DNA of 63,931 bases, filler included, from Octopus bimaculoides (Eukaryota), in assembly GCF_001194135.2 (NCBI RefSeq). It is 5 parts of 5 records of this genome, joined end to end, with 100 filler letters (N's around TTAATTAATTAA, not from the genome) between each part and the next. Parts side by side here need not be neighbours in the genome. Positions count along the whole stretch, not along the records: positions 1 to 27,694 come from NC_068985.1; 4 more parts are not named here. The stretch is one strand, 5' to 3'. Both the position numbers and the translations under genes were made by a program. The notes beneath the pieces were generated by a model that saw only the letters and a list, made by a program, of their open reading frames with translations, was not told where the DNA came from and did not search any database. Shown one piece after another: positions 11,884 through 26,639 of this stretch; the first letter of the stretch is position 1, and each line of letters starts with the position of its first letter.

Positions 11884-12137
11884 CAACCGTTTCAAGCGAG
11901 TCCATTTAATTGAACAATGCAATCATTGCATCAGTTTAAATGCTGTATATTCTTAGCTACAATAGCGACAACATGGATTTCTTGCATCATCTTGCTCTGT
12001 TAAAGTATTTGAGAAAACTTATATTAATGTGTCCAACTAATTAAAATTCTATTTATTTGTGCAGCTGATGATAACTCTGCATTTAAATTGATGTAATGAT
12101 TGCATTGTTCAATTAAATGGAGCCGCTTGAAACGTTC
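11884..12137. mobile_element. MITE with ~56-bp TIRs (4 mismatches), probable TA TSD
   Basis: cgtttcaagcgagtccatttaattgaacaatgcaatcattgcatcagtttaaatgc (11888-11943) versus its reverse complement at 12079-12134; TA at 11882-83 and 12138-39. Confidence 0.85.
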
Positions 12138-12139
12138 TA

Positions 12140-12325
12140 TGTTTGTCCATCACCGCTTGACAACCGATGTTGGTGTGTTTACTTCCCTGTAAGTTAGTAG
12201 AGCAGCAAAAGGGCCCGATTGAGTAAGTACTAGGCTTGCAAACAATAAGTCCTGGGGTCGACTAAAAAAATCCTTCAAGGCCGTACTCAAGCATGGCCGC
12301 AGTCAAATGACTCAAACTAATATAA
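12140..12325 (+). mobile_element. SINE family B, 3' half
   Basis: cgcttgacaaccgatgttggtgtgtttac...agtactaggctt...gtcctggggtcgac...gcatggccgcagtcaaatgact. Confidence 0.85.
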
Positions 12326-12634
12326 ACGTAAAACTGTATATATATATATATATAGATAGATAGTAGTAATCTTCTCACACAACAAGTTGGAATTATCATG
12401 TTTTCAGAACTCAACGAAAGGACCACGTGCGCATGCAAGAAATAACAGTAAACTATCAATGTCATTCTTAATTTTAATTTTAATTTCAATATTATTTTAT
12501 TAATAGCCCTTTTCTCTTCTCACACATTTTATATTCATTTTTGATGAGGTTTTTCCCAAAAACCGAAACATATAAATTAATTAAAACACCCAAAAATGTT
12601 TTTAAAAAGTGGCATTTTCATTTTTATTCATTTT

Positions 12635-12670
<36 letters not shown>

Positions 12671-13223
12671 TTATGCATATATGGGTACATCTCTTTGATG
12701 CAAATCTACTCTATACTGTTTTCTCCCCCATCGTTTTCTCTCTATCCCCCTCTGTCTCCTTTTCTCTATCTCGTATATATTATTTATATTATTATTTGAT
12801 TGAACACCACGCATCCATTTCCAAATAAGTATATATAAGCAAGAAAGAAAGAAAGAAAAATACGAAGCAAGAAAGAAAAATAGTGACAAATAGCATACAC
12901 CCGACAACAAATTGGAACACGTGTACTGGACACTGTACAAGTTAAATTCTTCATGTACAAGTCAAGTTCAAGATGAAGGAGCACTTGGTCACAAGATAAT
13001 CGCAAGGAATTAAATATCCCGAATTAACATTCCTTTATCATCCATTTTCCAGTGTATTGGTGTATGACGGTGCGTGTGAGTATTCGCACACGCGTCTGTA
13101 TATCATTTTAGCTATAGCAGTCTATTATATATATACAGTACATAAAAGATAAAAGATATCGTACCGGACCAAGTTAGGGACAGATATAAATTTTGATATC
13201 CTTCCATACATACATGTATCATG

Positions 13224-13257
<34 letters not shown>

Positions 13258-14664
13258 GATATTAGATCTGTTAAAAGCAGAATTTAAAGCATTACATTGA
13301 ATAACATACAGAAAATCTCATAATGTTGTTATAATACTCAGAGGGTAACATAGGTACGGTGATTGATGGTGTAAAATGAGACTAACCTCGGGTATAGAAT
13401 AAAACTAATTAATGTGGTGTTAACTTTGGCTAAGGATGTTCAAACTGCATGGAACATAAAGCAAGGAATGACAGTCTCTTATGGCAGATGAAACGACTTA
13501 GAACTCAATATGAGAAATTGAAAGACCAGAGGTGGAAGAAAAGGAAGAAGAGAACAATCATATTAATGTTTTGAAGCTAAAGAATAAACTTAAATATCAT
13601 ATATTAATTCTAACAGAAAGCCGTCTACACATGTCAGGGATTTAAAAAGTCTTATATCCACACTTTCATATATATATNNNNNNNNNNNNNNNNNNNNNNN
13701 NNNNNNNNNNNNNNNNNNNNNNNNNNNNNNNNNNNNNNNNNNNNNNNNNNNNNNNNNNNNNNNNNNNNNNNNNNNNNNNNNNNNNNNNNNNNNNNNNNNN
13801 NNNNNNNNNNNNNNNNNNNNNNNNNNNNNNNNNNNNNNNNNNNNNNNNNNNNNNNNNNNNNNNNNNNNNNNNNNNNNNNNNNNNNNNNNNNNNNNNNNNN
13901 NNNNNNNNNNNNNNNNNNNNNNNNNNNNNNNNNNNNNNNNNNNNNNNNNNNNNNNNNNNNNNNNNNNNNNNNNNNNNNNNNNNNNNNNNNNNNNNNNNNN
14001 NNNNNNNNNNNNNNNNNNNNNNNNNNNNNNNNNNNNNNNNNNNNNNNNNNNNNNNNNNNNNNNNNNNNNNNNNNNNNNNNNNNNNNNNNNNNNNNNNNNN
14101 NNNNNNNNNNNNNNNNNNNNNNNNNNNNNNNNNNNNNNNNNNNNNNNNNNNNNNNNNNNNNNNNNNNNNNNNNNNNNNNNNNNNNNNNNNNNNNNNNNNN
14201 NNNNNNNNNNNNNNNNNNNNNNNNNNNNNNNNNNNNNNNNNNNNNNNNNNNNNNNNNNNNNNNNNNNNNNNNNNNNNNNNNNNNNNNNNNNNNNNNNNNN
14301 NNNNNNNNNNNNNNNNNNNNNNNNNNNNNNNNNNNNNNNNNNNNNNNNNNNNNNNNNNNNNNNNNNNNNNNNNNNNNNNNNNNNNNNNNNNNNNNNNNNN
14401 NNNNNNNNNNNNNNNNNNNNNNNNNNNNNNNNNNNNNNNNNNNNNNNNNNNNNNNNNNNNNNNNNNNNNNNNTATATATATATATATATTACGAGATGGT
14501 CGTTTTATCCTTTTTGCCAAAACAAACACTCACACTATATATTCGCTCTTCACTCGTTTATTACCGGGGATCCTTCATCACACATCTCTGAGTTCTTTTG
14601 CGGCCCTTTTCCGTCCACGTGTATCTTCCTCTCCGTTTAATCCATTCTCTGTATCATTACTCTC

Positions 14665-14825
14665 ATGGACTAAGTGGCGGTAAGAAGCTTGTTTCCCAAC
14701 GACAGAGTTCTGAGTTCAATCACACAACGTGGTATCTTTTGCAAATATCTTCTACTATAGCCTCGGACCAACCAAAACCCTGTGAGTGGATTTGAAAGAG
14801 GGAAACTGAAACAAGCCCTTCATAT
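14665..14825 (+). mobile_element. SINE family B, 5' half
   Basis: ggtaagaagcttgtttcccaac...gagttcaatc...cttctactatagcctcggaccaaccaaaaccctgtgagtggattt. Confidence 0.8.
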
Positions 14826-15255
14826 GGGAAATACCGAAGGGAAGTAATACTGGGTAGATTTTAAAGTATTGCCTAAGTTGCGTTATAAGACCACCAGATC
14901 CGAAGAATATTCAGCAATATCGGCGCCAAGCAGTTTTAGGCATAAACAAATTTTAGGTTAGTTATATGGCGATCTAATGTTGATTGTGTCTTAGTTAAAG
15001 CTACTGATTTAAAATTTGCTCGAAGTTGCCTTTCTTTGGTATTTCCCATTGATAACGACTAAAAAGCTAGAATCCTATAGGGGGGCAGCACCGGGCAGAT
15101 AAGTGGTCTTTGCACCCTTTTATCATGAGAGAGAAATCTTCTCCAAGTTAAATGCCGTGAATTTGTCTTCAGAATTTGAAATATGTCATAGACATGTTTT
15201 AACTAACGTAAAGTTCACTTACACCTAAACAATGCTTGGCGCTGATACGGCTGAA

Positions 15256-15944
<689 letters not shown>

Positions 15945-15947
15945 GGG

Positions 15948-16142
15948 GAGAATTCACAAAAAAAAAAAGGAAAGACAAAAGACGAAGACAGGTGGTGTAG
16001 GCAACAAACAGATGTATTAGTTTAATGTTCGGGAAGTGAAAAAGTCTTTAACGTTTCGAGCCTACGCTCTTCCACAGAAAGGAACACAGAAAGAAACAAC
16101 GAGAGAAAATAAAGAATGTGTAGTGACTGGCGATCTATCATG
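15948..16142 (-). mobile_element. Repeat family C (Penelope-terminal-repeat-like, hammerhead-like motif)
   Basis: Minus strand reads ctttCTGTGGAagagcgtaggctcGAAACGTTaaag; collinear with 46440-46600. Confidence 0.8.
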
Positions 16143-16222
16143 TGTGTGTAGAGAGAGAGAGTATACACATGAGAGTATACTCATATTTTACCAAAAGCTT
16201 GGTGATATCTGCTCAGAGGCCT

Positions 16223-16745
16223 CTTTTACTCTTTTACACTTTTACTTGTTTCAGTCATTTTGACTGTGGCCATGCTGGAGCACCGCCTTTAGTCGAGCAA
16301 ATCGACCTCAGAACTTATTCTTTGGAAACCTAGTACTTATTCTATCGGTCTTTTTTGCCGAACCGCTAAGTTANNNNNNNNNNNNNNNNNNNNNNNNNNN
16401 NNNNNNNNNNNNNNNNNNNNNNNNNNNNNNNNNNNNNNNNNNNNNNNNNNNNNNNNNNNNNNNNNNNNNNNNNNNNNNNNNNNNNNNNNNNNNNNCCAGC
16501 ATCGTTTGTTAAGCAATGATGGGGGGGGGGGACAAAAACAGACACACAAACACACACACACACATACATATATACGACAGGATTCTTTCAGTTTCCATCT
16601 ACCAAATCCACTCACAAGGCTTTGGTCGGCCCGAAGCTATAGTAGAAGACAGTTGCCCAAGGTACCACGCAGTCGGACTGAACCCAGAACCCAGAACCAT
16701 GTTGTTCGTAAGCAAGCTACTTACCACACAGCCTCCCCTACGCCT
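16223..16745 (-). mobile_element. SINE family B, near full length (internal gap)
   Basis: Collinear with 44-460; head ggctgtgtggtaagtagcttgcttac, internal microsatellite, tail (aaaagagt)n. Confidence 0.88.
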
Positions 16746-16747
16746 AT

Positions 16748-17308
16748 GCAATGTTTTCAAAAATGTTCGTCGTTCTCGACACAATCAAGGAGATTTTGTG
16801 CAACTGAAACCCGAGTGTCTTCTTGGTCAGCTGAAAGCAGTTTTGGCACAAACTTGGCAGACACGCGTCTCATACCCAAATTTTCAGTGATAATGGACTG
16901 AACTGAACCGTAACTAATTAGCACATTCTCTCATAACTAACGGATGGTGATTCGACGATTTCTCCTCACAGCTGCACGCACATCTGTGATGTTTTTCTCA
17001 GTTCAACTGGTTGCAGGTCTCTCAGAACGTTCGTCGCTTTCGACATTTTTGGGGCTATCTTGGAAACGTCTGAACCACTCGTACACTTGTGTGCGGCTCA
17101 TACACTCCGCTCCATACACTTTCTGAAACTTTGCTACACACCTTCCTTCCAAGTAAGGCTGTGAACAGCAGAAGTGAGTTGGAACATTAAAACTTAATGC
17201 GCATGCATAGCAGCGTCCAACATCAATTTGTAACAAGCGGCTTCACTATGTGTGTTTTAGCTTCGTTACTATGGCAACAGTCCGGATACTTATTGATCAT
17301 ACCTCGTG
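16748..17308 (-). mobile_element. Mariner transposon 5' relic (TIR plus transposase N-terminal HTH region)
   Basis: TIR-like TA-cacgaggtatgatcaataagtatccggac. Broken ORF FQKVYGAECMSRTQVYEWFRRFQ...ESDERSERPATS...RRITIR...LGMRRVSAKFVPKLL, matching the mariner HTH and WVP-x-x-L-type linker. Confidence 0.88.
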
Positions 17309-17799
17309 TATATATATATATATATATACCTGCGTACATACATAGGGATACATGTATGTAAAAACAACTACTTCGGCTTATTTATTTAATTATTATTTAT
17401 TTATTGAAAATATTTTGAAGAGTTCTTGCTTGTTTCGTTGTCATATCCACTGTACACATATTCCGAGGAAAGACTGTACGAAACGTCAAAATTAGTTTTT
17501 TCTCATTAATCTAAATGACAAACTAAGAATTTTGATGAAGTACTTACGCTACGGTCCTTGTTACTTCTGATCGCGTTTTTTTCTCTCTCCCTCTCTATCT
17601 CCTTTTCAAATGTGTGTGCGCGGGAGAATGCGCATGTGTGTAAATATATGAATAAAATTATATAGTTATAAGCATTCATACAAACATACTCGAACATACA
17701 GAAAAATTCGGAGAGATTGGGAGAATGACAGAACGTATTAAACATTGAAGATCCTATAAATTGCGAAGCTTCAGCTTAGACGTCCAAGTATGGAATCTA

Positions 17800-18600
17800 A
17801 ACGCAGGAGAGGCCATTTTAATTCCGTTATTAAGCTTCTCAGCCAAAGCTGAAGACCAATAAATGATGCTTCCATGACACAAAAAGTAAAAGGTTTAACC
17901 TAAGAATTGATTATCGATAGAAATCTCAATATGAAATGGATGATTATGCCGAAAACGCATTCCTGTGAATAGTTCTGAATATAAAAAACCAAATTCAGAA
18001 GCACAACGCTTTGTAGACTAAATGTATTGACGGACTAGCAACATAGTCCTCATACTGTAGATCGTAAAAGATTTTGTACGAATGTTCAGAGCGGTCAGAA
18101 AAAATCCATGAAGATTTAAATGACTGCCATCATGCTTAAATTTTGAAGCATACACAATCCCTCAGCATAGCGGCTATGATTATGAATCGTATCCGTCGCT
18201 GCAAAGGGCGCATGAATACAGAATAGAGTTCTTTGGTAAGCTACCAGAGGCATCCACTCAACATAGTTACCGCAACAAGCGTTGGACACATCAGCTGAAG
18301 TGCATGTTAGATATGCAAGAACTTAAAAGACCTGCAGCATATTAGTAGGCGCGGCGGGGAGATGCTAACAGTGTAGTGCAACAGTTTGAAACAGGAAGCA
18401 CCTTATAAGAAGAATGAAGAGCAATCCCCTATCATTATCATATTAATTCACCGAATGCTAACAATGCAGTTCATTTTCTATCTGCGACTTATCTTCATAG
18501 CTGTCCCGTATTGGTCTAGAACATCATCTGCATATTCACGAGGGACGTAGCGGTACTCAAACGGAAGGAGGACAATGTCATCGTCGAATTATAGACGCTC
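17800..18600 (+). mobile_element. Old RTE (BovB-like) LINE 3' relic
   Basis: Broken peptides SLSIAAMIMNR.RRCKG, LFGKLPE...NKRWTHQLK, and C-terminal SRIGLEHHLHIH; same domain order as 63055-63797. Confidence 0.6.
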
Positions 18601-18968
18601 ATTTTGTTTTGTTTTCTTCTGTATGCTCAAAATTCCTCACTTTTCACAATAATATGTTTATAAGTGTGTTTTTATATGTGTAAGTGTGTATAAATTTATG
18701 TATATTTACATAGGTATATAGCTAAAGCCTGTGTATACATAGATACATATATGGCTATATATTAAGATATATATATATGTGTTGGTGTGTGTGTATAATA
18801 GTGTATTAATACATGATTGCGAGCGCGTACATATATATGTATGTATTTATGTAGACATACATACACACATATACGTGTGTATGTGCTTTTATATAGTTTG
18901 TATATACATGTAATATAGTTATATGCGTATGTATTCATGTATATTTAGACAGACAGACAGACAAACAG

Positions 18969-19000
<32 letters not shown>

Positions 19001-19714
19001 ACATGTGGGACAAGAGAAGACGAAAGAACAAACGCTTATCTTATGAACTTCATAATCGTTTATGCCTTTGTCATCTCTTTTCTTATTATTGCTCTGTACT
19101 CAACTAACGCTTCGTTCAAAAGCATACATATATTGAGTTCTACACCAAGTTATTAGTATCGCAATGCCTAAACAATATAGATACGAACATACATATATAC
19201 ATATATAAGTTTGCCCCAGCATGGCCACAGCTCACGAGCTGAAACTAGATAAAATGAAAAAAATGAAAATGAAAATATATATGTATGTATGTATTACGCA
19301 CGCACACATATACACACATCAACGCAAAAATTCGTATTTATGTCTGTATGTATGTTTAAGTTATATGATTGTAATAACAGACATATTTCGATATAGGTGA
19401 TGAGAAGTAATAGAGACGGTGAAGGAGGAGTTCCATATCTAGCGGAACTGTTTTCGCTCATGTCATCAGCTCTCAGATATCTAGTAGCGTATTAGTAGCG
19501 CAGTTTAACCTCACCCAAACTGTCGTTTCTGAATAAACTTTTAAGTAGATGTAAGCGAATCAATCCTTTCCTAGAAATTTAACCTGACACATTCTTGCTT
19601 GATGTCTGTCTATCTGAATCTAATAGAAACCAGCCGAATTTTTCAAAAGTCAAGGAAAATACAAAAAGAAAGAGTAAAGGTTTTAATGGTAGTTTATCTG
19701 CTTTTATTTCATTT

Positions 19715-19745
19715 TATCTTTCTTCTTCTTCTTCTTCTTCTTCTT

Positions 19746-19776
<31 letters not shown>

Positions 19777-19834
19777 TTATTATTATTATTATTATTATTA
19801 TNNNNNNNNNNTATTATTATTATCATCATCATCA

Positions 19835-19881
<47 letters not shown>

Positions 19882-19895
19882 GTTATTATTATTAT
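19715..19895. repeat. Compound trinucleotide microsatellite (CTT)n(ATT)n(CAT)n(ATT)n
   Basis: Direct reading. Confidence 0.95.
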
Positions 19896-20091
19896 TTGTA
19901 GACTTCTCTTGGTCTCTCTCTGCAAACTCCATCCAATTCATTTCTATTTCATCATAATTGAAAAATAAAATGTGAATAACGATCCTATGACTAATGTAAA
20001 CGTCATGTCTTGAAATGTCAAAAAACCAACAACAACAATAACAATAGCAGCAACAACAACAACAACAACAACAACAACAGCAATAGTAATT

Positions 20092-20270
20092 CTTTCTGCT
20101 ATAGGCACAAGCCTTAATGCTTTTTTTTTGTGGGGAAGGGTACTGGGTTAGTCGATTACATCACCCCCAGTGTTTTTAACAATCCCGAAAGAATGCAAGG
20201 CAAAGTCGACCTCCTCGGCGAAATTTGAACTCAGAACAAGGCGGACGAAATGCAGCAAGGCGTTTTGACC
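20092..20270 (-). mobile_element. SINE family A variant
   Basis: ggcacaagcc...gtcgattacatc...cccgaaagaatgcaaggcaaagtcgacctc...aatttgaactcagaac. Confidence 0.8.
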
Positions 20271-20349
20271 TAACAACAACAATAATAAAGTTTTTGATGA
20301 TAATGATGACGACGACGATGATGATGATGAGGATGATTTCCTTATTAAC

Positions 20350-22110
20350 CCCCAAGTATTCACGAAATCATCGAAGATGACACAAGGTGATGTTTCATAT
20401 ACTCGTGTAAACAGTAGAAACAAGAGAAACAAAGAAACAACAGATTTAAACAATTAATAACTCTGCAAAAGAGAGGAAACCCCACAAAACTACGCCCACC
20501 CTGACCACTTAGATAGGGGCCTACTCTCTGTCTACAGCTACACAATCAGCACAAGCCCTTTCACTGGAACTATTCTACTTCTCTAATACATGTTTCAATA
20601 ATTTTGGTGTGAGGCAGCACATACCTCTCTGCCTTAACTCTTCTTTTAAAGTGAATTTTAAAGTTGATGAGCACTTGATCGAATAAGAAGATGTCTGACT
20701 TCAGCGCTTTCAGTCTTGTCAAACACACAACCTGTTTCACCTAACCGTCTGTCCTACCTAGTAAAAGGAAGGAGGCGGAACAATCGTTACAGTAGACGCA
20801 ACTGATAGCCGGGTCCGTAACACACGTGATAGTTGGTGTTCGACATAACTCCACAAGGTAGTAATATTCCGTTACTGCGTGGAGAACATTTTCGTTTTTG
20901 CTCTGCGCGTCTCGGGCAGGACCGGCTACTACTACTTCCGCGTCTGCTTATATCGTACCGACAACGCTCCAGACCAGCCAGTTGATTCCCGTCGATGCTC
21001 AGATTCTCCCAAGAATGTCGTCACGCTTGACCGCGACTAATCGTCAATAAAATGCCACAAAAGAACTACTGAACTGATAGCATTACCTAACCCGTAACGT
21101 GTTTGTAGCTCCTTATACGCTCGATTCAAGAATGTAGCTCTGTCAAAGACAAGCTCTGAAAATGTAATTTTTTTCACTCTTGATCACTGTCAATGGAGCG
21201 CTGAATATGCCGCAGTCTCAATGCGTATATGTGCATCATCAGCCACGGCATGCCCAATCATCCAATCAGCCGGAGTTGACAACAGATGGAGCACCTGACC
21301 ATTGTGAAATGTCCCTAACATAAAGTCGAAGAGCAACCGCTCTTGTTGACAAGAAGTGAACTGGTCGAGTTACGACAGACCAACGCTAATACATATATGA
21401 TGCAATGTGAGCGTTCGACCGGCCTATTTCTGGGTGAGATTAGCCACTGTATTCGTCACCTCGTCTCAGTGGTTCTCCACTTGGAGATCCGGACCAAAAC
21501 AAATCCCGACAAATTTAACCGGTCCGTCCATTCAGTGCCAAATAACACTATTGGACAACATGGAGCTGCATCTCCAGGTGCCGAGCTAAAGGCTTTTCAT
21601 GGTTGATATTTGGCATCTGTCACCTTAGAACAATGACGACCACCTCATTGTGCCTCTTGACTGACACTTTGATGATGCTACTGTGCACATATACCGACAT
21701 GGATCTTCAACTCTCTAATTCCCACAGTAGCAGCTCAGTTGTCAGTACGTACAGAAGAGACGAGTGTGAACAAACTTGAGAGATCCAGTGAATGATACTC
21801 AATGACTCAGATAGGTAACTATTCACCATAATCACCAAGCAGAAGTCGATCGAACCACGGATGATGGCACCGACCGGCTACTGTGAGGAAAACCTCCAAT
21901 TATTGGTGATTGACTCTAACGAGAGCTTTTGATTGATCTAAGTTCATCAGGGTCCACCCGTGCTAGGTTTATTAATCCCATTCTGTGATATCTCGCATGA
22001 GGCGGAAGTTGTTGAGGAGAGACTTAGATGATGATGTACAACTGTACATACCAATGCGATCATCGACGGTAAGTGCCAACCATACCATGGCCAATGTCAA
22101 CATTTGAAAC
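20350..22110 (-). mobile_element. Tx1/L1-clade LINE, decayed ORF2 (RT to C-terminus) and 3' UTR
   Basis: Minus-strand peptides LMNLDQSKA.RVNHQY, SLLYVLT.ELLL, INHEK...GTWR, GPVKFVGI.FGPDLQVE, NENVLHA, TRLKALKSD..LINF.HFKRRVKAER; homologous to 39603-40990. Confidence 0.85.
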
Positions 22111-22669
22111 ACTGGTCTAGCATTAGTAGCAACAAACCAAAGACCACAGTAAAGTAAAAATGATGAAGTATACTAACACATATGTACGCCTCACAAACTG
22201 AAGGGAAAACACATCTGAAGAAGAAGAGAGTCACCTTGTTCTTATTTCATGCAACAGAAACTTGCAAGAAACTGTCCAAAAATACTGTTAAATAATATAG
22301 AGCAATGACATTATCTTACATTTGGAGGAGATGCAAGTTCTAAATAAAGAACATTGTCAATCAAGAAAACCGAACCTGGGAAATTTATGGTGAGTGCTTA
22401 TAATGAACGTTAACCTCAAGATTTTAACGTAAAAGGCTAAGTCTAAATACTGTAAGATATTAAATCGGCACTCTAGCCGTTTCTGACACCAACACCTCTA
22501 CTAAAGGTAACAAAATAATTCTTGCATTAGCAATGGGCAGCGAATTTAATGTTTAAAAGTTGTTCTTGTGAATAAACCAAAATTGGAGATAACAAAGCTA
22601 AACTCAATGTCGAGGGATATGGATTCAAAACTTGGAGGGACGAAATTAACTTTAATAACACAATAATCA

Positions 22670-22830
22670 TTCCTGCTACAGGCACAAGGCCTGAAAGTTG
22701 ATGAGAGGGGGCTAGTCAATAACATTCACCCCTGTGTTCGACTGCAGCTTATTTTATCGATCCCGAAATGATGAAAAGCAAAGGTGACATCGAAGGAATT
22801 TGAACCAAGAACATAAGGACAGCCGACTTC
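22670..22830 (-). mobile_element. SINE family A variant, diverged
   Basis: caggcacaaggcctgaaa...cttattttatcgatcccgaaatgatgaaaagcaaag...gaatttgaacc. Confidence 0.7.
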
Positions 22831-23506
22831 AGTATCACAATAATAGTACGATATTATAATAATAATGACTTTTAGAAATTAATTGTTATTTGTTAAAATA
22901 GTAACAGTCACTCCTCTAGGAAAAAGATATTGTACGAGGCATTCGTGAAGCTAAAAGATAATACTGTTGACAGTATTTGTGTCTTGACGGACATGTCATC
23001 TAAGAAAGTTCCAATCTAAAATGTGCGATCTTAAAGTGCAATACATTGTCACAACACTTTATAGGACGTTTTCGTACAATACTATCAAAGATCTTTATTA
23101 CGTGACTGAAACGAAAATTTGGGAGGAAGATGGCCAGAAAGAGTGGAGATTATATTTTCAAGAGTGATATATTTATAGCCTTGTATTTCACTGCAGTAGT
23201 CATAGGGATTGTCGGAGGATTAAGCAAAGTTCATAGAGAACCGCTTGGTAAGGGAGCAGAAAGACCTGGCAGCAATTTGAGAAGGCGAGAAATCTTTGCA
23301 AGCAATACAATTCACGAAGGCATTACCTGATTTCTTGATACTTATCTTTTAAACGTTGCAATGTTTATTAAATGCCCTCTGGATGGAGCTGATGTGTGAA
23401 ATCCTCAAGGCGTCGGAGCAGCTGTGTGTGAAGCGCATGGGATTTTTTAGTGAGCATAGTGGCGGGACTATCCTAGAAGAATAATATCAGTCACAAGTTT
23501 AGTACA

Positions 23507-23601
<95 letters not shown>

Positions 23602-23781
23602 GCACATATACATATGTACAAGTTGATACTATAATTCTAAGTAGTTCCACAGGCACTTTAGCATCTACGTATATTTTCTTATGTGTGTCTGTACGAACAT
23701 GCGCCAACAAATACAGTCTCACGCATGAACAAGCACACATACATATATACACATTTATATTGTATGACCGTCTATGTATAC

Positions 23782-23838
<57 letters not shown>

Positions 23839-24414
23839 CTTAAATTCGAAACCGTATTTATATAAACTGTGTGTGGGCGTGTGTATAATAAACAGAATAA
23901 ACAACACTATCATTACCCACATTATCAATACCATCATCATCATAATGTCGTAATGATAATCCTGTATGCTCTCTTTCTCTTTCTCTTTCTCTTTCTGTCT
24001 CTGTCTTCCTCTCTCTCTCTCTCTCTCTCCCTCTCTCTCCCCACACACACACATACATACACACACACACATACACACACATATATAGAAATGCATATTA
24101 TCTATCGGCTACGGTGTTTGGCGCTATTTTATATAGTTTTCACATTTCCTGTTCTTCTGCCACATGAACACGAGTTGGAAAAAGTTATATATTACGTAGA
24201 AAATGGCCGATCATGAAAACGAATTTTCAAAACATTTGCAGAAAAATATCGGCAAGTAAAACTCGTTATATTTTCCGTCATTAGACTGCAGCCATGATGG
24301 ATCACTGTCTCCACAGATGTCAGTTGATTATACTCACACTGATACTTGTTGCAGTTTGATACCTACTTCATGGGTCTCTCTTTACACACCCACATATACA
24401 TACTCGCGCGCCGG

Positions 24415-24455
<41 letters not shown>

Positions 24456-24457
24456 AG

Positions 24458-24488
<31 letters not shown>

Positions 24489-25039
24489 TACACTTTCGTA
24501 CCCTCAATATTTCAAGAAATGGTTAACCGCACATTTACATATGTACACACTGAGACGAACGAAAGATCTTCTAAAAGCTATAAACTAGAAATAGCGCTCA
24601 ACTCCTATTCTACCACATTTGAGAAAAAAAAAAAAAAAGACATTAGATAATGTCCTAGATATACTGAAAATAAAAATAAAGGACATGATAATCACGGTTG
24701 GAACACTTTTGATCATAGGCGCTCACGATTAGCGTAGAACTTGCTCTAAACAGCACGTTCCATCCTCATTACTTCTCTTAAACCATCTCTCTTTCTCTTT
24801 TTCACACATATTCGTGTACACTTTCTCTTTCCTTTCTCTATAACTGGCCTAGCTTTCATTTACCTCATATGACATTTAGCATGCATTATTCTCAAACTAG
24901 TTTACCCTTTCCATCAATAACGTCGGCAAATACGCTTATGATACGTTTTACAAATTATGAAATAAAATGAAAACAGACAACTAGGCTTATTTCAATACTG
25001 ATATTTACATGTTGTATAGCAAATTAGCAAATACTGATA

Positions 25040-25200
25040 TGGAGGCGCATGGCTTAGTGGTTAGGGTATTGAAATCATAATCGTAAGTTTGCTGTTTCGA
25101 TTCCTGGACCAGATGATGTGTTGTTTTCTTTAGCCAAACACTTCATTTCACGTTGCTCCGGTCTACCCAACTGGTAAAAAAGGGCAATCAAGCGACGGAT
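25040..25200 (+). mobile_element. Third tRNA-headed SINE family, fragment
   Basis: A-box-like tggcttagtggttag, B-box-like gtttcgattcc, then aaacacttcatttcacgttgctcc; distinct from families A and B. Confidence 0.65.
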
Positions 25201-25694
25201 CATATATACGCGTGAGAAACCGGGAAACCTATGCTCCTTTCGGAATAATGTCGACTGAACCTAATCATAGTAAATCCTGAGGATTTTATATGCGTAGAAT
25301 AACTAAATGGTTAAGATGTTGCATATTCAAATGTTTAAGGCGTTGCATAGACGAACGGTTAATCGCAACCGCCGGGTACCGTTTTCGATCCAGTGGATGA
25401 CAATTTGAGTAAATACAGTTTTTTATAGCGTTGAATCGACTCTTACCACTTTCTTCTCTCTTTCTCTATTCTCCCGCCTTTCTTTATATTTCTCTCCTGA
25501 TAGCTGTGAACCAGCTGTGCATATCTGTGTCCAGTCATCTAAGGTTATGCTTAGCAAAGGCATTCACTCTCAGTCGGTGGCCTAACTTCATTTGTATGAA
25601 TAGTGAATATAATTGTCGTCTTAGTTCCCGAGTTTTCATACCCCATCTATCGGCATATATAAAGACGATCATACATAAAAACATACATATGGAC

Positions 25695-25748
<54 letters not shown>

Positions 25749-26039
25749 AACAAAAATATATATGTGTNNNNNNNNNNNNNNNNNNNNNNNNNNNNNNNNN
25801 NNNNNNNNNNNNNNNNNNNNNNNNNNNNNNNNNNNNNNNNNNNNNNNNNNNNNNNNNNNNNNNNNNNNNNNNNNNNNNNNNNNNNNNNNNNNNNNNNNNN
25901 NNNNNNNNNNNNNNNNNNNNNNNNNNNNNNNNNNNNNNNNNNNNNNNNNNNNNNNNNNNNNNNNNNNNNNNNNNNNNNNNNNNNNNNNNNNNNNNNNNNN
26001 NNNNNNNNNNNNNNNNNNNNNNNNNNNNNNNNNNNNNNN

Positions 26040-26081
<42 letters not shown>

Positions 26082-26639
26082 TCATGTACTTATATGTATA
26101 TATGTGTGTGTGTATGTGTCTGTGTGTGTATACATTACCCATCATACGCACATGTGTATCTGAACAGACGTTATTTCTCCAAAGTAACACTCGTATATAT
26201 ACTACTTAATGATGTGTCTGACATGGTAGTATTGTTTTATCTTTTGGATCACCAGATCGGCCGGAAGCTATTCTGCTGGATGTTTATAATTAAAGAAATA
26301 TTAACCTATAATTTATTGTATCAAAAGAATTCGTATATTTCTCTTTTGTTTTCGATAAGTTGCTTTCCGTAGCTTAAGAAATACCATTTCCATAGCCTTC
26401 TGTCTGTGTGGCCTAACTGAAGTTAATATAGTTCCCTAAGCATTTATAATATATAAAAATTTATTCATCTTTGTCGTTATTAAATTTCTCTGAATGCTTT
26501 ATATCACTACAATTCTCTCTTCATCAGCTGGATACATTCGAAATCTTAGACAGAGATACACAATAAATATTGGGCTGGGCTAGTGCTCTCTTACTATGTT
26601 CCCTGAGCTGGAAGGATACCCTGCCAACATGAAGGGAAG

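Noticed and set aside
13300-13560. Possible RTE 3' remnant
   Set aside because: Only vague peptide similarity.
22290-22400. Strong donor-like TG|GTGAGT with a short open frame (NDIILHLEEMQVLNKEHCQSRKPNLGNL)
   Set aside because: Poor acceptor, no recognisable protein and no partner exons.
23050-23450. Possible CR1/L2 linker relic on the minus strand (ARSFCSLTKRFSMNF)
   Set aside because: A single weak motif only.
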